A stretch of 64,000 nt of DNA from Octopus vulgaris (GCA_951406725.2 OX597825.1:82708001-82772000); one strand, 5' to 3'. Numbered from the stretch's first letter, positions 1 through 13,078 are shown. Numbers and translations: made by a program. The notes: generated by a model not told the origin, from the letters alone.

Positions 1-104
1 AGAATTCAACCTTTTGTTATTTTAAACAAGTAACGGCCATTGTTTACACCGTATACCACATACCTCATGTTATAGCTTAATATACTACCTTTTGAAAATA
101 GGCA

Positions 105-532
<428 letters not shown>

Positions 533-563
533 GTATATTTAAATATTATGTGTTGCTTCTCAG

Positions 564-684
564 ATATCCGTATTATACAAGCCTTCCTCAATGGCCCTGT
601 CGTTCTTCAGGAAGTTGCTTTCATTATTTCCCTCAGCTCATACTTGAAACAGAATACGGTCTTTCAGCGATGCTAATGACATAA
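564..684 (+). CDS. Candidate terminal coding exon of a gene starting upstream of the window
   Basis: Acceptor tgttgcttctcag|A, then open frame YPYYTSLPQWPCRSSGSCFHYFPQLILETEYGLSAMLMT-TAA in non-repetitive DNA; family not recognised. Confidence 0.35.
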
Positions 685-879
685 TGTATTTAAACGTGCA
701 GCTTATCTTTTACCATTATCTTTGAATCCCTTACCATTCTTTGAATGACACATGTGGGATTCTATTTAGTAAAAGATTTTTTTATTCTATATTGTTTTTC
801 AAACGGCTGATGATTTTGGTTAAACTATCATAGCCTCGACTTATTTTACGACATTATTTCATGCAGTTTACATTGCGTT

Positions 880-1075
880 CTGGTTTAGGCACAAACCAAC
901 ATTTTTATGGAAAGGGAGCCATTCAGTTTCATCGACTCCCAACTTGACTGGTCCTATATTTCATTGACCTTGAAAAGATGAAAGCACCTTTTTTTTCTCA
1001 TCGGCATTTGAGCTCAGAATGTAAGGAGTCGAAATAAATACCGCAAACCGTTATTTTCTTGTTCTGACATTTTAA
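880..1075 (-). mobile_element. Old diverged SINE family A copy
   Basis: Reverse complement has the ttctgagctcaaat B-box-like segment and the ctttcatcttttcaaggtcaatgaaa core seen in family A. Confidence 0.6.
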
Positions 1076-1125
1076 CGGCTATGCATATTCCACACTTTCA
1101 CAAGTCGCTATTCAAATTTATGTAA

Positions 1126-1628
1126 GGCGACGAGCTGACTGGAAGCTTACCATTCCGAGTAAAATGTTTATTGGAATGTATTACGTCCGTCTTTACGCTG
1201 TGAGTTCAAATTTCGCTGTGGTCGACCTTGCCTTTCATCCTTTCGGGGTCGATAAATTAAGTACCAGTTACGCACTGGGGTCGATTTAATCGACTTAATC
1301 CGTTTGTCTGTCCTTGTTTGTCCCCTCTGTGTTTAGCCCCTTGTGGGCATTAAAGAAATAGGCTATGCATATTCCACACTTTCACAAGTCGGTATTCAAA
1401 TTTATATAAGGCGACGAGCTGACTGAAAGCTTACCATTCCGAGTAAAATGTTTATTGAAATTTATTACGTCCGTCTTTACGCTGTGAATTCAAATTTCGC
1501 CGTGGTCGACCTTGCCTTTCATCCTCTTGGGTTCCATAAAATATGTACAAGTTGAGAAACTGAAGCCGTATGTAATCGAATACCCCCTCCCCCGAAATTG
1601 CCGGCTGTGTGTGAAAGTTTGTAACAAA
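1126..1628 (+). mobile_element. SINE family A, two tandem or nested copies (tRNA head, Meta/MESC-like central domain)
   Basis: ggcgacgagctg head, gagttcaaatt B-box, core gcctttcatcctttcggggtcgataaattaagtaccag, tail tttagccccttgtggg...aaagaaata; the 165-bp segment 1077-1241 is repeated at 1361-1525. Confidence 0.85.
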
Positions 1629-1734
1629 TAATAAAGTTTACGCAAATATGTAAAACGAAAATATTGCGATGTTTTGATAACAATCTTCTCATAATAATTT
1701 TATAATTAAAGCTCTTTGACTTACAATCTTAGAC

Positions 1735-1870
1735 CATTTAGAGAAACTGAAGGACCGCTGCAGTATGTGTGTGAATCTGAGAGGGGAATATATTGAATAC
1801 AATCATAAGTAATTGATCCTCCTGTGTTTTCTTTTACCCAAAGCCAGGAACTTTTCCGCATCATCTCGTA
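1735..1870 (+). mobile_element. Mariner-derived MITE, 3' half
   Basis: Encodes the mariner C-terminus KLKDRCSMCVNLRGEYIE; ends with TIR-like ggaacttttccgcatcatctcgTA; homologous to 11115-11328 and 17797-18015. Confidence 0.7.
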
Positions 1871-2267
1871 TTTTTTGGCTTACAGGCTTTTGTTAACCTC
1901 AACAGTAAATTTTAGCCTATTAATATTACACCTCCAATTAGGGAAAAAAATAACTCTTCTTGGAATTGACAATTAAGGAATATCTGAGACGGCATTTGTT
2001 AAGAAACAAAGGTTCAGTACAAGGGTTTGCTTGTAATCTTAGGTATTTACAGATAAACTAATAGGCATATTTCAATCTATTTAATGTTTTTGATCAAAAT
2101 ATTTTTCAAGATTTGTAAACCATCGCAAAGACTTAGTTTTGTTGTGTGGTAATATATTATTAAGAAAGAAGGTCTGAAGAACTGTGTGTTTTGCGAAATG
2201 ATATTTTCTTCAAAATGTCTAAGGAAAATTATTAAATTTATTCCAATTGAATGAAAAAAGTGGGATT

Positions 2268-2545
2268 CCTGGGTTTCAAGGGCCCACAGCTTTTTAATAT
2301 TCTCCAAAAGAGTCTGAGGAACTTTCACAAAGTAGATGTAGGTGTTTTTAAATCAAAGCTGGACCTCTTCCTGTCGAGAGTCCCAGATGAACCTACCTCA
2401 CGGCAAGAGGTGCAAATGAGGGTAGCTATATCAACCTCCATTCTTCACCAAGTGCCACATATTAGAGGAAGATTTTAGTAATAGCAGTGTAGCAAAATGG
2501 CGGTGCATCAGCATGGCCGCAGCTCTGAGCTGAAACTAAAAGAAA
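2268..2545 (+). mobile_element. 3' end of a CR1/L2-group LINE (RT C-terminus plus 3' UTR)
   Basis: LGFKGPQLFNILQKSLRN...FKSKLDLFLSRVPDEP motif; 3' tail ggcggtgcatcagcatggccgcag...ctgaaac. Confidence 0.8.
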
Positions 2546-2573
2546 GTTATATATGTTTATACAGAGATAGAAA

Positions 2574-2610
<37 letters not shown>

Positions 2611-3419
2611 GAGAGGGAGACGAAGAGCTTAGGTGCCTGCAGAACCACTACTAGGTTGTAATTTCGATTCTCTTTTGAAGATCGTTTAGCATGACAGAAC
2701 CCTTTAGTTTTTCTGTGAAACGTTTCGCTTTTGCAATTACCACGTTCCTGAAATGGCGATACTCTGCGCCCAGACAAAAGACGCCAATAAATATATTCAA
2801 TTCTTTTATCATAGATTTCGCTTCCTTCACCATTTTGTCTTCCCTCATGGTAGAATACATTCATAAATGATACTTATATATAACTTTGGTTTTGTTCCCT
2901 TTCTCTATCTGTTTCTATAAAATTGAAATGTCTCTTTCTAAGTGACCATTGTCTATGGTAGAATGTTTATGTTCATTGAATAATTCCTCCCATTATTCGA
3001 GCTTTCTGCAACCTGATCTCATTTATTCACGTCGCATTTCTGTGAGAAACAGCTGACTTTGACACTTTAATTATCTCTCTTGTATTATCTGCACCGGTAT
3101 ATGTAAGCCATTAAATTCAAAACAATAATCATCATCACATTCGTCTCCCAATCTATGTGGCGGTACACTCTAAATGACTTGCGGCTTAATTTAATACACA
3201 TCATCACTCTACGAAAAAAAAAACTATACTACATCCATGCACACTACTCTCCTACATATAGCCTTAGACTATATCCATCACGTACGTCAACATCATGCTT
3301 TGTTTCGCATCATTTCCTCATCAATATGTACTATTTATCAATGTGTCTCCTCTCCTATGTGTCTCTAACAATATGCATATACACTTATACACACATACAC
3401 TTCCTGATATATACATATA

Positions 3420-3791
3420 CTAGCACTATGACCCGGCAGCGCCGGATCATAGTGCTAGTGCATGCATATACAGCTGCGTGCGTGCGCACTTACACGCGAG
3501 TACTGTCCAAATCTCCGACCAATCACATACAGCTAGCTGGCGTTCAATTGGCGTATCAAGTTTCGGGCATTTTGATTGGGTTTTGGATAGAAAATTCACA
3601 AAAAGTCACTTCTATTGATTTTTATAATGGCTTTGCGAGGTTGCTGGGGAAATGTAAAGATGTGTACGACCACTCTTGGACGGTTTTGAATGACCATAGA
3701 AAGTGTGAGCCCTCTAACTGAAAAATTGTGGATTTATATAAAGGACGCGCACACGCATACAGAGACAGACATTATGCCGTTTATATATAGA
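3420..3791 (-). mobile_element. Non-autonomous Helitron-like element
   Basis: On the minus strand it begins A|TCTATATAT (3791) and ends CTAG|T (3420), with an 18-bp-stem hairpin at 3420-3458; inserted between A and T with no TSD. Confidence 0.7.
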
Positions 3792-3807
3792 TATATATAT
3801 ACATACA

Positions 3808-3878
<71 letters not shown>

Positions 3879-4759
3879 GCTCGATATGACATCAAGTTCT
3901 AAGTAGAGGATATTTTAAGCATTCTCAATTTTTAAACTATTGTAATCGATTTATTTGTACTTCTGATGAGTGAAATACGAGTATTTGTATCGGATAGAAG
4001 ACTCGCCCAATACAAGCACATTAATCGAAACGACTTGGTTTGAAAAAACTTGTCCCTGTTAATACTTCGTAGTTTTATTATCTTTTAAATGTTTTAATTT
4101 AGCTCTAATCATTGCAAAGTTTTATAATAATAAATAATTACAAGTATATTTTTTTTAGTTTCTATTTAATATATGTAATGTTTCTATTAATTATTGGTAA
4201 GTATAAATTATAACTTCTAAGGGTAATATATATTAAGGGTATGTAGTATTCTTATTATTAATTTGAATTATTTCATTGTTTGTTTTGCATATGCGAGATA
4301 TTTAATTATAGAATTTGGACGAAACAAAGTAAATAATTTTACTCAGTACAATTTATTTCCAACGTCAATGTGTACCATGTTGAAATAAAAGAGAAAAATC
4401 CTCAATGAAAGTGTTTTCCATTGCTTCTTAAATCGTTCTTTCATGAATAGATTTATTTAAAATCCTTAATTATGTAATGAAATTTAAAACAAAATTATAA
4501 AATAAATTAAATAGTATTTTTTGGATAATTCTTATAAAACTGAATAAACATCTGCTTCCTGCATAATTCCTTCTGAAATGTGCAATTCAATTTTCAGAGT
4601 TGTTGGACCCGTTATTTTTTAACGGTGTTAGTAGAAAATAAAATCGGAGACCTACACATATATTAAGTGTGTTCTCGTAATTGCATAAACTCATCGAAAC
4701 ACTGATAGAGCGTGGATACGATGTACCTTATACCAGCAACGAAAATTCTGTCGTTAATA

Positions 4760-5070
4760 TCAGAAACGGTGTATATAGAAATAATTTTAACGACCACTCA
4801 CATGCTTGGCATTATATCATATGTAAAAGAACAGATCCCACGACAACTGGAAACAGTAATTGCAACACAGTACGTCTATTGTATTCCAAGTGACAATATT
4901 ACTGATTAGATATGTGAGCGCACCTGCGAATCTTTCCGAATATGTTAAAGGAATCGCTGAAAGAATAACTAGATTGCTTGTTAAGAAAGAGCATAACCAT
5001 GATTGTGTGATAGAAAAGAAATTATTGATAGGTAATTCATCACTGAAAAATCTGCCGAAAGCCTAGTGTG
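4760..5070 (+). pseudogene. Possible decayed Penelope-like GIY-YIG endonuclease region
   Basis: ...SYVKEQIP...QYVYCIPSD...ICERTCESF resembles the PLE VYxIPC...YIGxT motif; followed by a degenerate ctgaaaaa...ccgaaagccta hammerhead-like string at about 5040-5068; several stops. Confidence 0.3.
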
Positions 5071-5429
5071 AGGTACAATAGACCTTTAAAATTTTCCTAA
5101 ATTATTCGACGAAATTTATAAAACATACGTGCATATGCGTATATTTATACGAACATACACTACACACATACATGTACACACATTATACAGATAAACGGAA
5201 GAAGTTCTAAATATTTCAAAATTATCTGATTGTTCTCTACAGCTCTTCCGACGGCTTAAGTACAAAAATAATCGAACTGAAGTCGTTATGTAATTAATAG
5301 AGAAATTATACCTAATTAAAAAATGTGAAAGATAAATACAATTTCAAAAGGAAATAAACATCATCAAGGACACTCAGCGAGCGCAAACCTCCGCCAAGGC
5401 AACGCCAATGTCCTGTTTTCTTTATTATT

Positions 5430-5990
5430 AAGGGATGGATGGACGAAAATGGCATAAAGTTATGGTTAAATAAAGTATGGTCAAAGTGTCCAGGTGTTTT
5501 ACGCAAACATCATCCATTCTTGTCTGGGACCGATTTCGTGCATACACAACAGAGAGTACAGTAAGGACGGAAAAGAACTTAAAAACTGAAATGGCTGTCA
5601 TACCTGGTGGATTGACTTCCCAGTTACAACCCCTTGATATTTCAATAAACAAGCCTTTCAAGGGACACATGAGTGAGGAGTAGGCCAACCGGATGCAGGA
5701 CCCACAACATGAACTGATACCAACAGGCCGTATGAAGAGGCCTAGGTATCTCATTGGGTGAAAAATTCGTGGAAAGCAGTAAGAACCGGGCCAATTATGA
5801 AGGGTTTCAAAACCATGGGTATCAGTAAAACCCTAGATGGCGCATAAGATTTTTTTTTTTTTTTGAATAACGACACATCTGATTCTGAAAACAACGACGA
5901 CCCCTAGGAATACGAGGAAGCTGATGAATTACAGGAACTTGAGGAAAATGACGGTGAAGGACTGAATGAGGATGACAAGAATCATGACTT
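5430..5990 (+). mobile_element. pogo/Tigger (POGK/Passer-like) DDE transposase relic, DD35D
   Basis: KGWMDENGIKLWLNKVW, LVWDRFRAY, VIPGGLTSQLQPLDISINKPFK, PTGRMKRP; 35 residues between the two D; frameshift and stops; acidic tail. Confidence 0.9.
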
Positions 5991-6698
5991 GTTTAGGATT
6001 TAAAGTCAATACTGTTTTTAAAGGTTATGGGGTCAAAAGTTACTAATGAGGCTATTCAAATTTTTATATTGGGGTTATGTACTGGCAGGTTTTGATAAGG
6101 TTCTTTTTAACAAATAAATTGGCAGTAGTAAAGAATGTTAATATAAAAAAAAACATAGAGATATAACAAACACTGATAAAAGATATTCGGTAAATATCAA
6201 TACAAAAGAAAATAAAATGAACCGCGTGGATGAGGCTATGGTCATAACCTTACCTGGCGTTCCCTGCAAACACTTGCAGTAGAAACACAATCGAAATTTT
6301 TTTCAATGTGAAAACAAGATAAAGATAAAAAAATTATATGAAAGTGGGACGGTAAATATCAGAAAATGAAATAATGAACAATAAAGCTGAGGTCACGGCC
6401 ATATATGAAAGTCGAGACATTGGCAGACAATAAACGTATGGCTCACAATCAAAACATTCAAAACAATTCTTTGTTGTATCCCTGGCATTCTTCCGAGTAA
6501 TATGGTAAATGTACTGTAATCTGTGTTCACTTAATGTACTGCTTTTTCCAAGATGTTGGTCACAGACAACCTTAAATATAAGGTTTAGTGGCAGACGTGA
6601 ACTTAACTCAGTCTGAGTCTAGCGGTTGTCGAAGACAGTTCACACGAGGCAACGTAAGTGATAATGAAAATGGAGAGAGAGAAAGCGGGGGAGAGAAA

Positions 6699-7115
6699 GG
6701 AGCGAGCTGGCAGAAACGTTAGCACTCCGGGCGAGATGCTTAGTGGTACTTCATCTGCCGTTACGTTCTGAGTTCAAATTCCGCCGAGGTCGATTTTGCC
6801 TTTAATCCTTTCGGGGTCGATTAAATAAGTACCAGTTACGCACTGGAGTCGATATAATCGACTTAATCCGTCTATCCTTGTTTGTCTCCTCTGTGTTTAG
6901 CCCCTTATGGGCAGTAAATAAATAGGTATTTCGTCTATCTGTACGTTCTGAGTTCAAATTCCACCAAGGTCGACTTTGCCTTTCATCCTTTCGGGGTCGA
7001 TAAATTAAGTACCATTTACGCACTGGGGGCAACATGATGGACTTAATCTGTTTGGTCAATCTAATCGACTAGTCCCCCTCCCCACAAATTTCGGGTCTTG
7101 TGCCTAGAATAGAAA
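6699..7115 (+). mobile_element. SINE family A tandem (full unit, 5'-truncated unit, older tail)
   Basis: gagctggcagaaacgttagcac head; second unit starts at ggtatttcgtct (about 6925). Confidence 0.9.
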
Positions 7116-7215
7116 TAAATTGTCCCCTGTATGTAACTGCTTATTTAAGAGTTTCTCACTGGATTTGAAGGCAGAATACATAGAGACGGAGAATATATAT
7201 ATATATATATATATA

Positions 7216-7592
7216 CACTACCGTTATAAATTAATTAGCACCCTTGATTTGCTCTTCACTTAAGGTATGTGCTGTCACCTAGTGGCCATATCTCGAACTA
7301 TTGCTTTGTTGCGAGTTCACTGTTGCGCAGAACGATGACGTAACTTTGTTTGCAGAGCAGTTTGAGAGTCTACAGCCTTATGATGTTGACATAGCAGTGC
7401 AACAACTTGGAGTGCGGATGCAGACAAATCTTCCTTTGTTTAATAGATATAGGTAGCGCCTCGCAAGGACCGAAATCACACCATACTAAGTTTTCTCATC
7501 GCGTAAGACGTTTTGAACAGCTCATAGGTTAATTGATTTAACCTATTTAATGTAGAAATTTGAGAAGTGCTAATTAATTTCTGACGCAAGTG
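7216..7592. mobile_element. Tc1-like MITE
   Basis: TIRs cactaccgttataaattaattagcac and gtgctaattaatttctgacgcaagtg, with TA on both sides. Confidence 0.75.
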
Positions 7593-7821
7593 TATATATA
7601 TGTATATATATATATATATATAGGATGGCATTACATCTGATGATCTACCGACACTGCTAATTTTCTTGTCAGGTTTAGACAAAATCAGAATTTGTAACGG
7701 TGTTTTTCAAAGGAGATTTCGAATTTCATTTCTCTTGCAAAAAAAACTAAACAAAAATCAGATGATTCATATCAGTAGATCAATTACCGATCTCTTTATG
7801 ACATATTCTTAGAAGTACACT

Positions 7822-8095
7822 CACATACATACATACATACATACATACATACATACATACATACATACATACATACATACATACATACATACAATACATA
7901 CATACAATACATACATACATACGTAAGACATACATACATACACTACATACAAACATACATACATATAGACGTATATATATATATATATATATATATGCAT
8001 AAGTATATATATATATATATGTATATATATATGCATATATATATACATATATGTATATCTATGTAAATATATATATATTCATACATACATACATA

Positions 8096-8174
<79 letters not shown>

Positions 8175-8180
8175 ATATAT
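7822..8180. repeat. Compound (TACA)n/(TA)n/(CA)n microsatellite
   Basis: Directly visible. Confidence 0.95.
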
Positions 8181-8720
8181 ACCATTTTGTCTACAAATAC
8201 ATAAAAAGAATTCTACGTATAGAAGTCTCAGTTTGGAGATTTCCTTTTTCAAGAGGCCAAATGAAAATTACTCGATATTTAATCGGGCTTCTGATCCTTA
8301 AGATTACATATCCTACTTATTTCTCCGTTTCCTACTTATTTCTCCGTTACTTTTTTCCCCCAACATGAAATGGTTAGTTCCTATGATATTTCTCTAACTG
8401 TAGATATTTTGAAAAAAAAAAAAAAACAAACAAAAAAAAACAAGCGTACACACAAAGAAAACAAGCACAACGACGCCCCATCTTTGTAAATTTATATTTG
8501 TAGTTTGTTCAGAACATGTAATGACATGTTATTCTCGTAATAATGACATTTTGCAAGCATTCTAAGACTTCATTAAGGATATAAGAAAAATAAGAAGGAC
8601 AGCGAAGGAAAAAAACAACTCCTTAATGTGACAGTTAAGAGAAGAAATGAATACATATGTACATATATGTGCGTACGTATATATATATAATTCATACGAA
8701 TATGTTATATATGTACGCAC

Positions 8721-8764
<44 letters not shown>

Positions 8765-9017
8765 GCGTGCCTGTGTGTCTGTGTGTGTGGGCTTGTGTAT
8801 AATGTATATATACATGTATATTTATGCTTCATGCATGATACTGTAAATGTATGAATGAGAAAAAAAATCATATTGTATCAAATTTTATTAAATATTTTTC
8901 AAGAAGTATCTATCGAATAGGGAATACAACCATGCATAAACAAGTATATGAATATGTATATATGTATACATACATACATACATACATATATATATACATA
9001 CATACATACATATATAT

Positions 9018-9048
<31 letters not shown>

Positions 9049-9064
9049 GTTGGGCCTATAAATT

Positions 9065-9113
<49 letters not shown>

Positions 9114-10103
9114 ATATGTATGTATGTGCCAATGATACATACATTCTTACTAATATAATAGCAGAGTTAGAAAAACACCTACGTTCGTATCAAATTTTAT
9201 GAAATATCTTCTGGAAATATCTGTCGAAAACATAATATATATTTTTGTCTGATTTTTCTATGGTTTCATTAATCAGCGGTTTATCTTCAAGAATACGTCT
9301 TGACATGCTAACTGCAAGGCTGGAATATAAGAAACCATGAAAAGACAACAATTCCTACGAAAATAAAATACAAGACACACACACACTTATGCATACACAT
9401 GCGCACACACTCGGATATAAAGAGTATGAGGGGGAGGAATAAAATAAATCAGCTGTAATGAAAGAAAGAGAGAAGAGAACAAAAGAAACGAAGGCAACTG
9501 TATGTGTTTTATGTGGGATGGAGGGGGAAAATGTAGGAAGATTCTAAAATATACGATGAAAGAAAACAATTCGTGCTGGGGAATATCAAAATAAATGTAA
9601 AGATAATGAAATGATGATAAGAGATATATATATAAGTAGAGTAAAATGACAATGAGAAATATACCAGAAACATAAGTAGGGAAGGAGTATCGGAAAGGGA
9701 AGACCAAAGGATGTGAAGAGTTATGTAAAGATGATTTTAATATTCAGATTGGGAACAAAATTTGTAGAGCAGGGTGAATTTTCTATGAAACGAATCAAAG
9801 AAAACAAACATTATATTTTGAATATATTATTGGTTCTAATTTAGCCACGTGATCGGAAGTGTTGTAGGATGTCGTTCAGCCAGAATCATAGACCTCAGTT
9901 TTAGCTAACACTAGAAACAGAATGGGGGAAAGATCAGGAAAAACAAAATCCAGTTTGGTTGTAAGAAAACAACTCGGGTAAATATTGTTAATATCATAGG
10001 ACAATAACTGTAGTTTTTTGGGATTGAAATATTGTGGATCATGGAGGCGTTAATGAAGACGTTAATCGTTCATTTATTATGCTACACTTATCTTTATTAA
10101 TGA

Positions 10104-10583
10104 ATATCGAATTATAAATATATATATACAAGATTTACACAGCCATAAAGCTAGAACTTGTGATCCGCTCGCGGACCGTTTTCTTAGGAAATATTTGCCC
10201 TCTGCCCTAAAGAGTTTCCCGACTCCTGCGCTAGAACATACGAGGATGTGATGAAAAGTTATACGAAGTATAAGTTATTAACTGAAAACCTAACTTCATT
10301 TCAACAGTACATATCCCATTGTTGATTCCTTTGTACTCCACCTTTAAGATATGTATTATATGCTGGAATGCTCCACGCTTTGGGTAAATGAAGTTAGGTT
10401 TTCAGTTAATAAGTTATACTTCGTATAACTTTTCATCACATCCTCGTATGTTCTAGGGCAGTGGTAGGGAAACTCTTTAGGGCAGAGGGCAAATATTTCC
10501 TAAGAAAACGGTCCGCGAGCGGATCACAAGTTCTTGCTTTATGGCTGTGTACATCTTGTATATATCTATTTATAATTCGATAT
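10104..10583. repeat. Long inverted repeat: 198-bp arms (10104-10301 and 10386-10583), 84-bp spacer
   Basis: Arms are reverse complements with only a few mismatches; each contains a hAT-like end (cagtggtagggaaactc) and a mariner-like end (tacgaggatgtgatgaaaagtt). Confidence 0.95.
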
Positions 10584-11114
10584 GTTGTTTCACCAAGTTC
10601 TCTTCCTGCTTTCGCTAATTATTTTCAACTTTTTACTTATAAGTGACTCCTTTTACACACCTCCCTTTAATGAAACTAGGTTTGATTGTGAGAATATTAA
10701 TGTAGGAATTCATAGTAGATTGACTAACTAAAACTGGTTTTCTTTTCACTAACTCTGTTTGTACAACTCGAATAATATATATTGCAAACAGCCCTTGCGT
10801 GTGGTCGAATTAGTTTAAATTAGATTGATTTATTTTGAGAAATAACTAATTCAAACCAGTAAACGCATTCGAGATTGCAGCAGTGTGCACACCTTGACAA
10901 TAACCATCATAGGTGTCTCAACAGAATGTGTGCCAGCTTCTAATTTTTATTGATACGTCCAAAATGTGTAATAACGCTGAATATAGAAATGTTTTCTAGG
11001 CTCATTTTTGTGAAATATACTGATCCGTATCTAATGATATTTATATTTTATAGGTTGGTAAGTAGGACAGCTATTCCTATGAATAATAACACCCAAAAGC
11101 GAACCCTACATGCG

Positions 11115-11328
11115 TACAAGGGGTTACTGAAAAGCTCCTGACTTTAGGGATGCCGGAAAGGTCTGGTTTGAGACCCTTACTTCCGAGTTCTTTTAAAGAC
11201 CTTAGAAAAACTGAAGGACCGCTGCAATGAGTACGTGAATCTGAGAGGGGGATATGTTGAATAAAATCATAATTAACCGATCCTCTTTTATTTTACTTTA
11301 CCCAAAACGTGGAACATTCCAGCATATA
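11115..11328 (+). mobile_element. Mariner-derived MITE
   Basis: Left TIR tacaaggggttactgaaaagctcctgacttt; internal mariner C-terminal coding remnant (...LKDRCNEYVNLRGGYVE*); degenerate right TIR. Confidence 0.75.
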
Positions 11329-12011
11329 TTGTTTGTTATTGTGCCTGTATTTATCCTCCATCACTACTTGACGACCGGTGTTGGTGTGTTTATGTCCCAG
11401 TAATATAGCGGTTCGGAAAAAGAGAATGATAGTATAAGTAGAAGGCTTTAAAAAATAATTATTCGATTCATTCGACTAAATTTTTTTTTGCCTTTCATCC
11501 TACCGGAGTCGATGAAATAAGTAACAGTTAAGCACCGGGTTGTATAGCATCGACTTACGTCCACCCTCACAATTTCTCGCATTGAAGTAAAATTTCTGCC
11601 AGCTCGCCGCCTTATTAGAGAGAACAATAAATGTCTTTCTGAAATTGCTTTGAAATATAAGTGATGTGGAAATGCAATTCATAATCATTAGAAATTTGAA
11701 TTCTATTATTTATACCCGCATTTGATTTCAAAATACTTAACAGAAAAGACTACCATTTAAGAGGTAATTACTAAAATAGGTGTGATTAACATTGTAAGAA
11801 ATACGACTTCAGTATCATCGATCGAATAATACGAAAAAGATGGCGATATCATCGCAGCTGTCACAGAAAAGAGATTCGCTGTCAGTCACTATTTTTGCTT
11901 ATAACTACTTTTAAAATAAAATCATTGAATTGACAGCATGAAACCAGAAGATATACAAACTAGAATATGTGCATATACAGGGCCGTTATAAAGTATTTGT
12001 GCATATATATA

Positions 12012-12414
12012 GGCGCAGGAGTGGCTGTGTGGTAAGTAGCTTGCTTACCAACCACATGGTTCCGGGTTCAGTCCCACTGCGTGGCACCTTGGGCAAGTGT
12101 CTTCTACTATAGCCTCGGGCCGACCAAAGCCATGTGAGTGGATTTGGTAGACGGAAACGGAAAGAAGCCCGTCGTATATATGTATATATATATGCGTGTG
12201 TGTGTTTGTGTGTCTGTGTTTGTCCCCCTAGCATTGCTTGACAACCGATGCTGGTGTGTTTATGTCCCCGTCACTTAGCGATTCGGCAAAAGAGACCGAT
12301 AGAATACGTACTGGGCTTACAAAGAATAAGTGCTGGGGTCGATTTGCTCGACTAAAGGCGGTGCTCCAGCATGGCCGCAGTCAAATGACTGAAAAAAGTA
12401 AAAGAGTAAAAGAG
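12012..12414 (+). mobile_element. SINE family B, full length (tRNA head, CORE-like domain, internal TA/TG tract, LINE-derived tail)
   Basis: ggcgcaggagtggctgtgtggtaag A-box region, gggttcagtccc B-box, ggcaccttgggcaagtgtctt, tail ggcggtgctccagcatggccgcagtcaaatgactgaaa, (agtaaaag)n end. Confidence 0.92.
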
Positions 12415-12796
12415 TATATAAATGTGAAAGCGTTAGTTGTACAAACGAGAAAAATAATGTGAAAATTTTTTTAAAACAATTTATGAAATATTACATATTC
12501 ATATTCGAGTTTGTGAGATTTCGTTGAACATTGACAGGTTTACATATAAATCCCCATGGGCAGTTTTGAAACCGATACGTAACTCAATTACCAGTTAAAT
12601 AATGTATTGTATTAGTTACCCTAGCGCTATCATATATGTATACAATACGATTATGATTTGTTACAAAGGGGCTATATTTTTGCATACAGCCAGAAATATA
12701 GTTGATGTAAGTAATGTCTGTTTTTTTTTTTTAACAAAAAAGAAGTAATTCTGTTTAGCTTCGTGGCTGTAAACTAGTTATCTCAGACTTCTAAAA

Positions 12797-13078
12797 TCCA
12801 TTTGCATTATTTACATCCCACGGATATTTGTCCTCATATTGTTTGTTGTTAAGACAACATTTCGGCTGATATACCCTCCAGCCTTCTTCGGGTGTCTTGG
12901 GAAAATTTCAAACCTGGGTTTTCATTCCTAAGGTATTTTCCAATGTTGTTGTTGTTGTAATTGTTCATTTTACTTATTAGAATCAAACTCGGAATCTTGG
13001 GAATAGTATACCGTGCTCTTAACCCCAAGATTCCGAGTTCGATTCCAAGCAGTGACCTCAACAATAGCAGTAATAATG

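Noticed and set aside
2547-2864. Overlapping minus-strand ORFs of 105 and 69 aa
   Set aside because: No recognisable motif; one runs into (GA)n; could not be assigned.
3155-3721. 188-aa ORF
   Set aside because: Spans low-complexity DNA and a non-autonomous Helitron; no recognisable domain.
3960-4060. CTGATGAG...CGAAACG as an intact hammerhead
   Set aside because: No NUH site or stem I/III in the expected position; at most a decayed remnant.
10257-10432. loxP-like strings (ttatacgaagtataagttat, atacttcgtataac)
   Set aside because: Only partial half-site similarity with no 13-8-13 layout; the two strings are simply the two arms of the fold-back duplication.
12012-12085. tRNA genes in SINE heads (also about 44120-44195, 59290-59360 and 13000-13046)
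   Set aside because: A/B boxes are present, but there is no complete cloverleaf and each continues into a SINE body.
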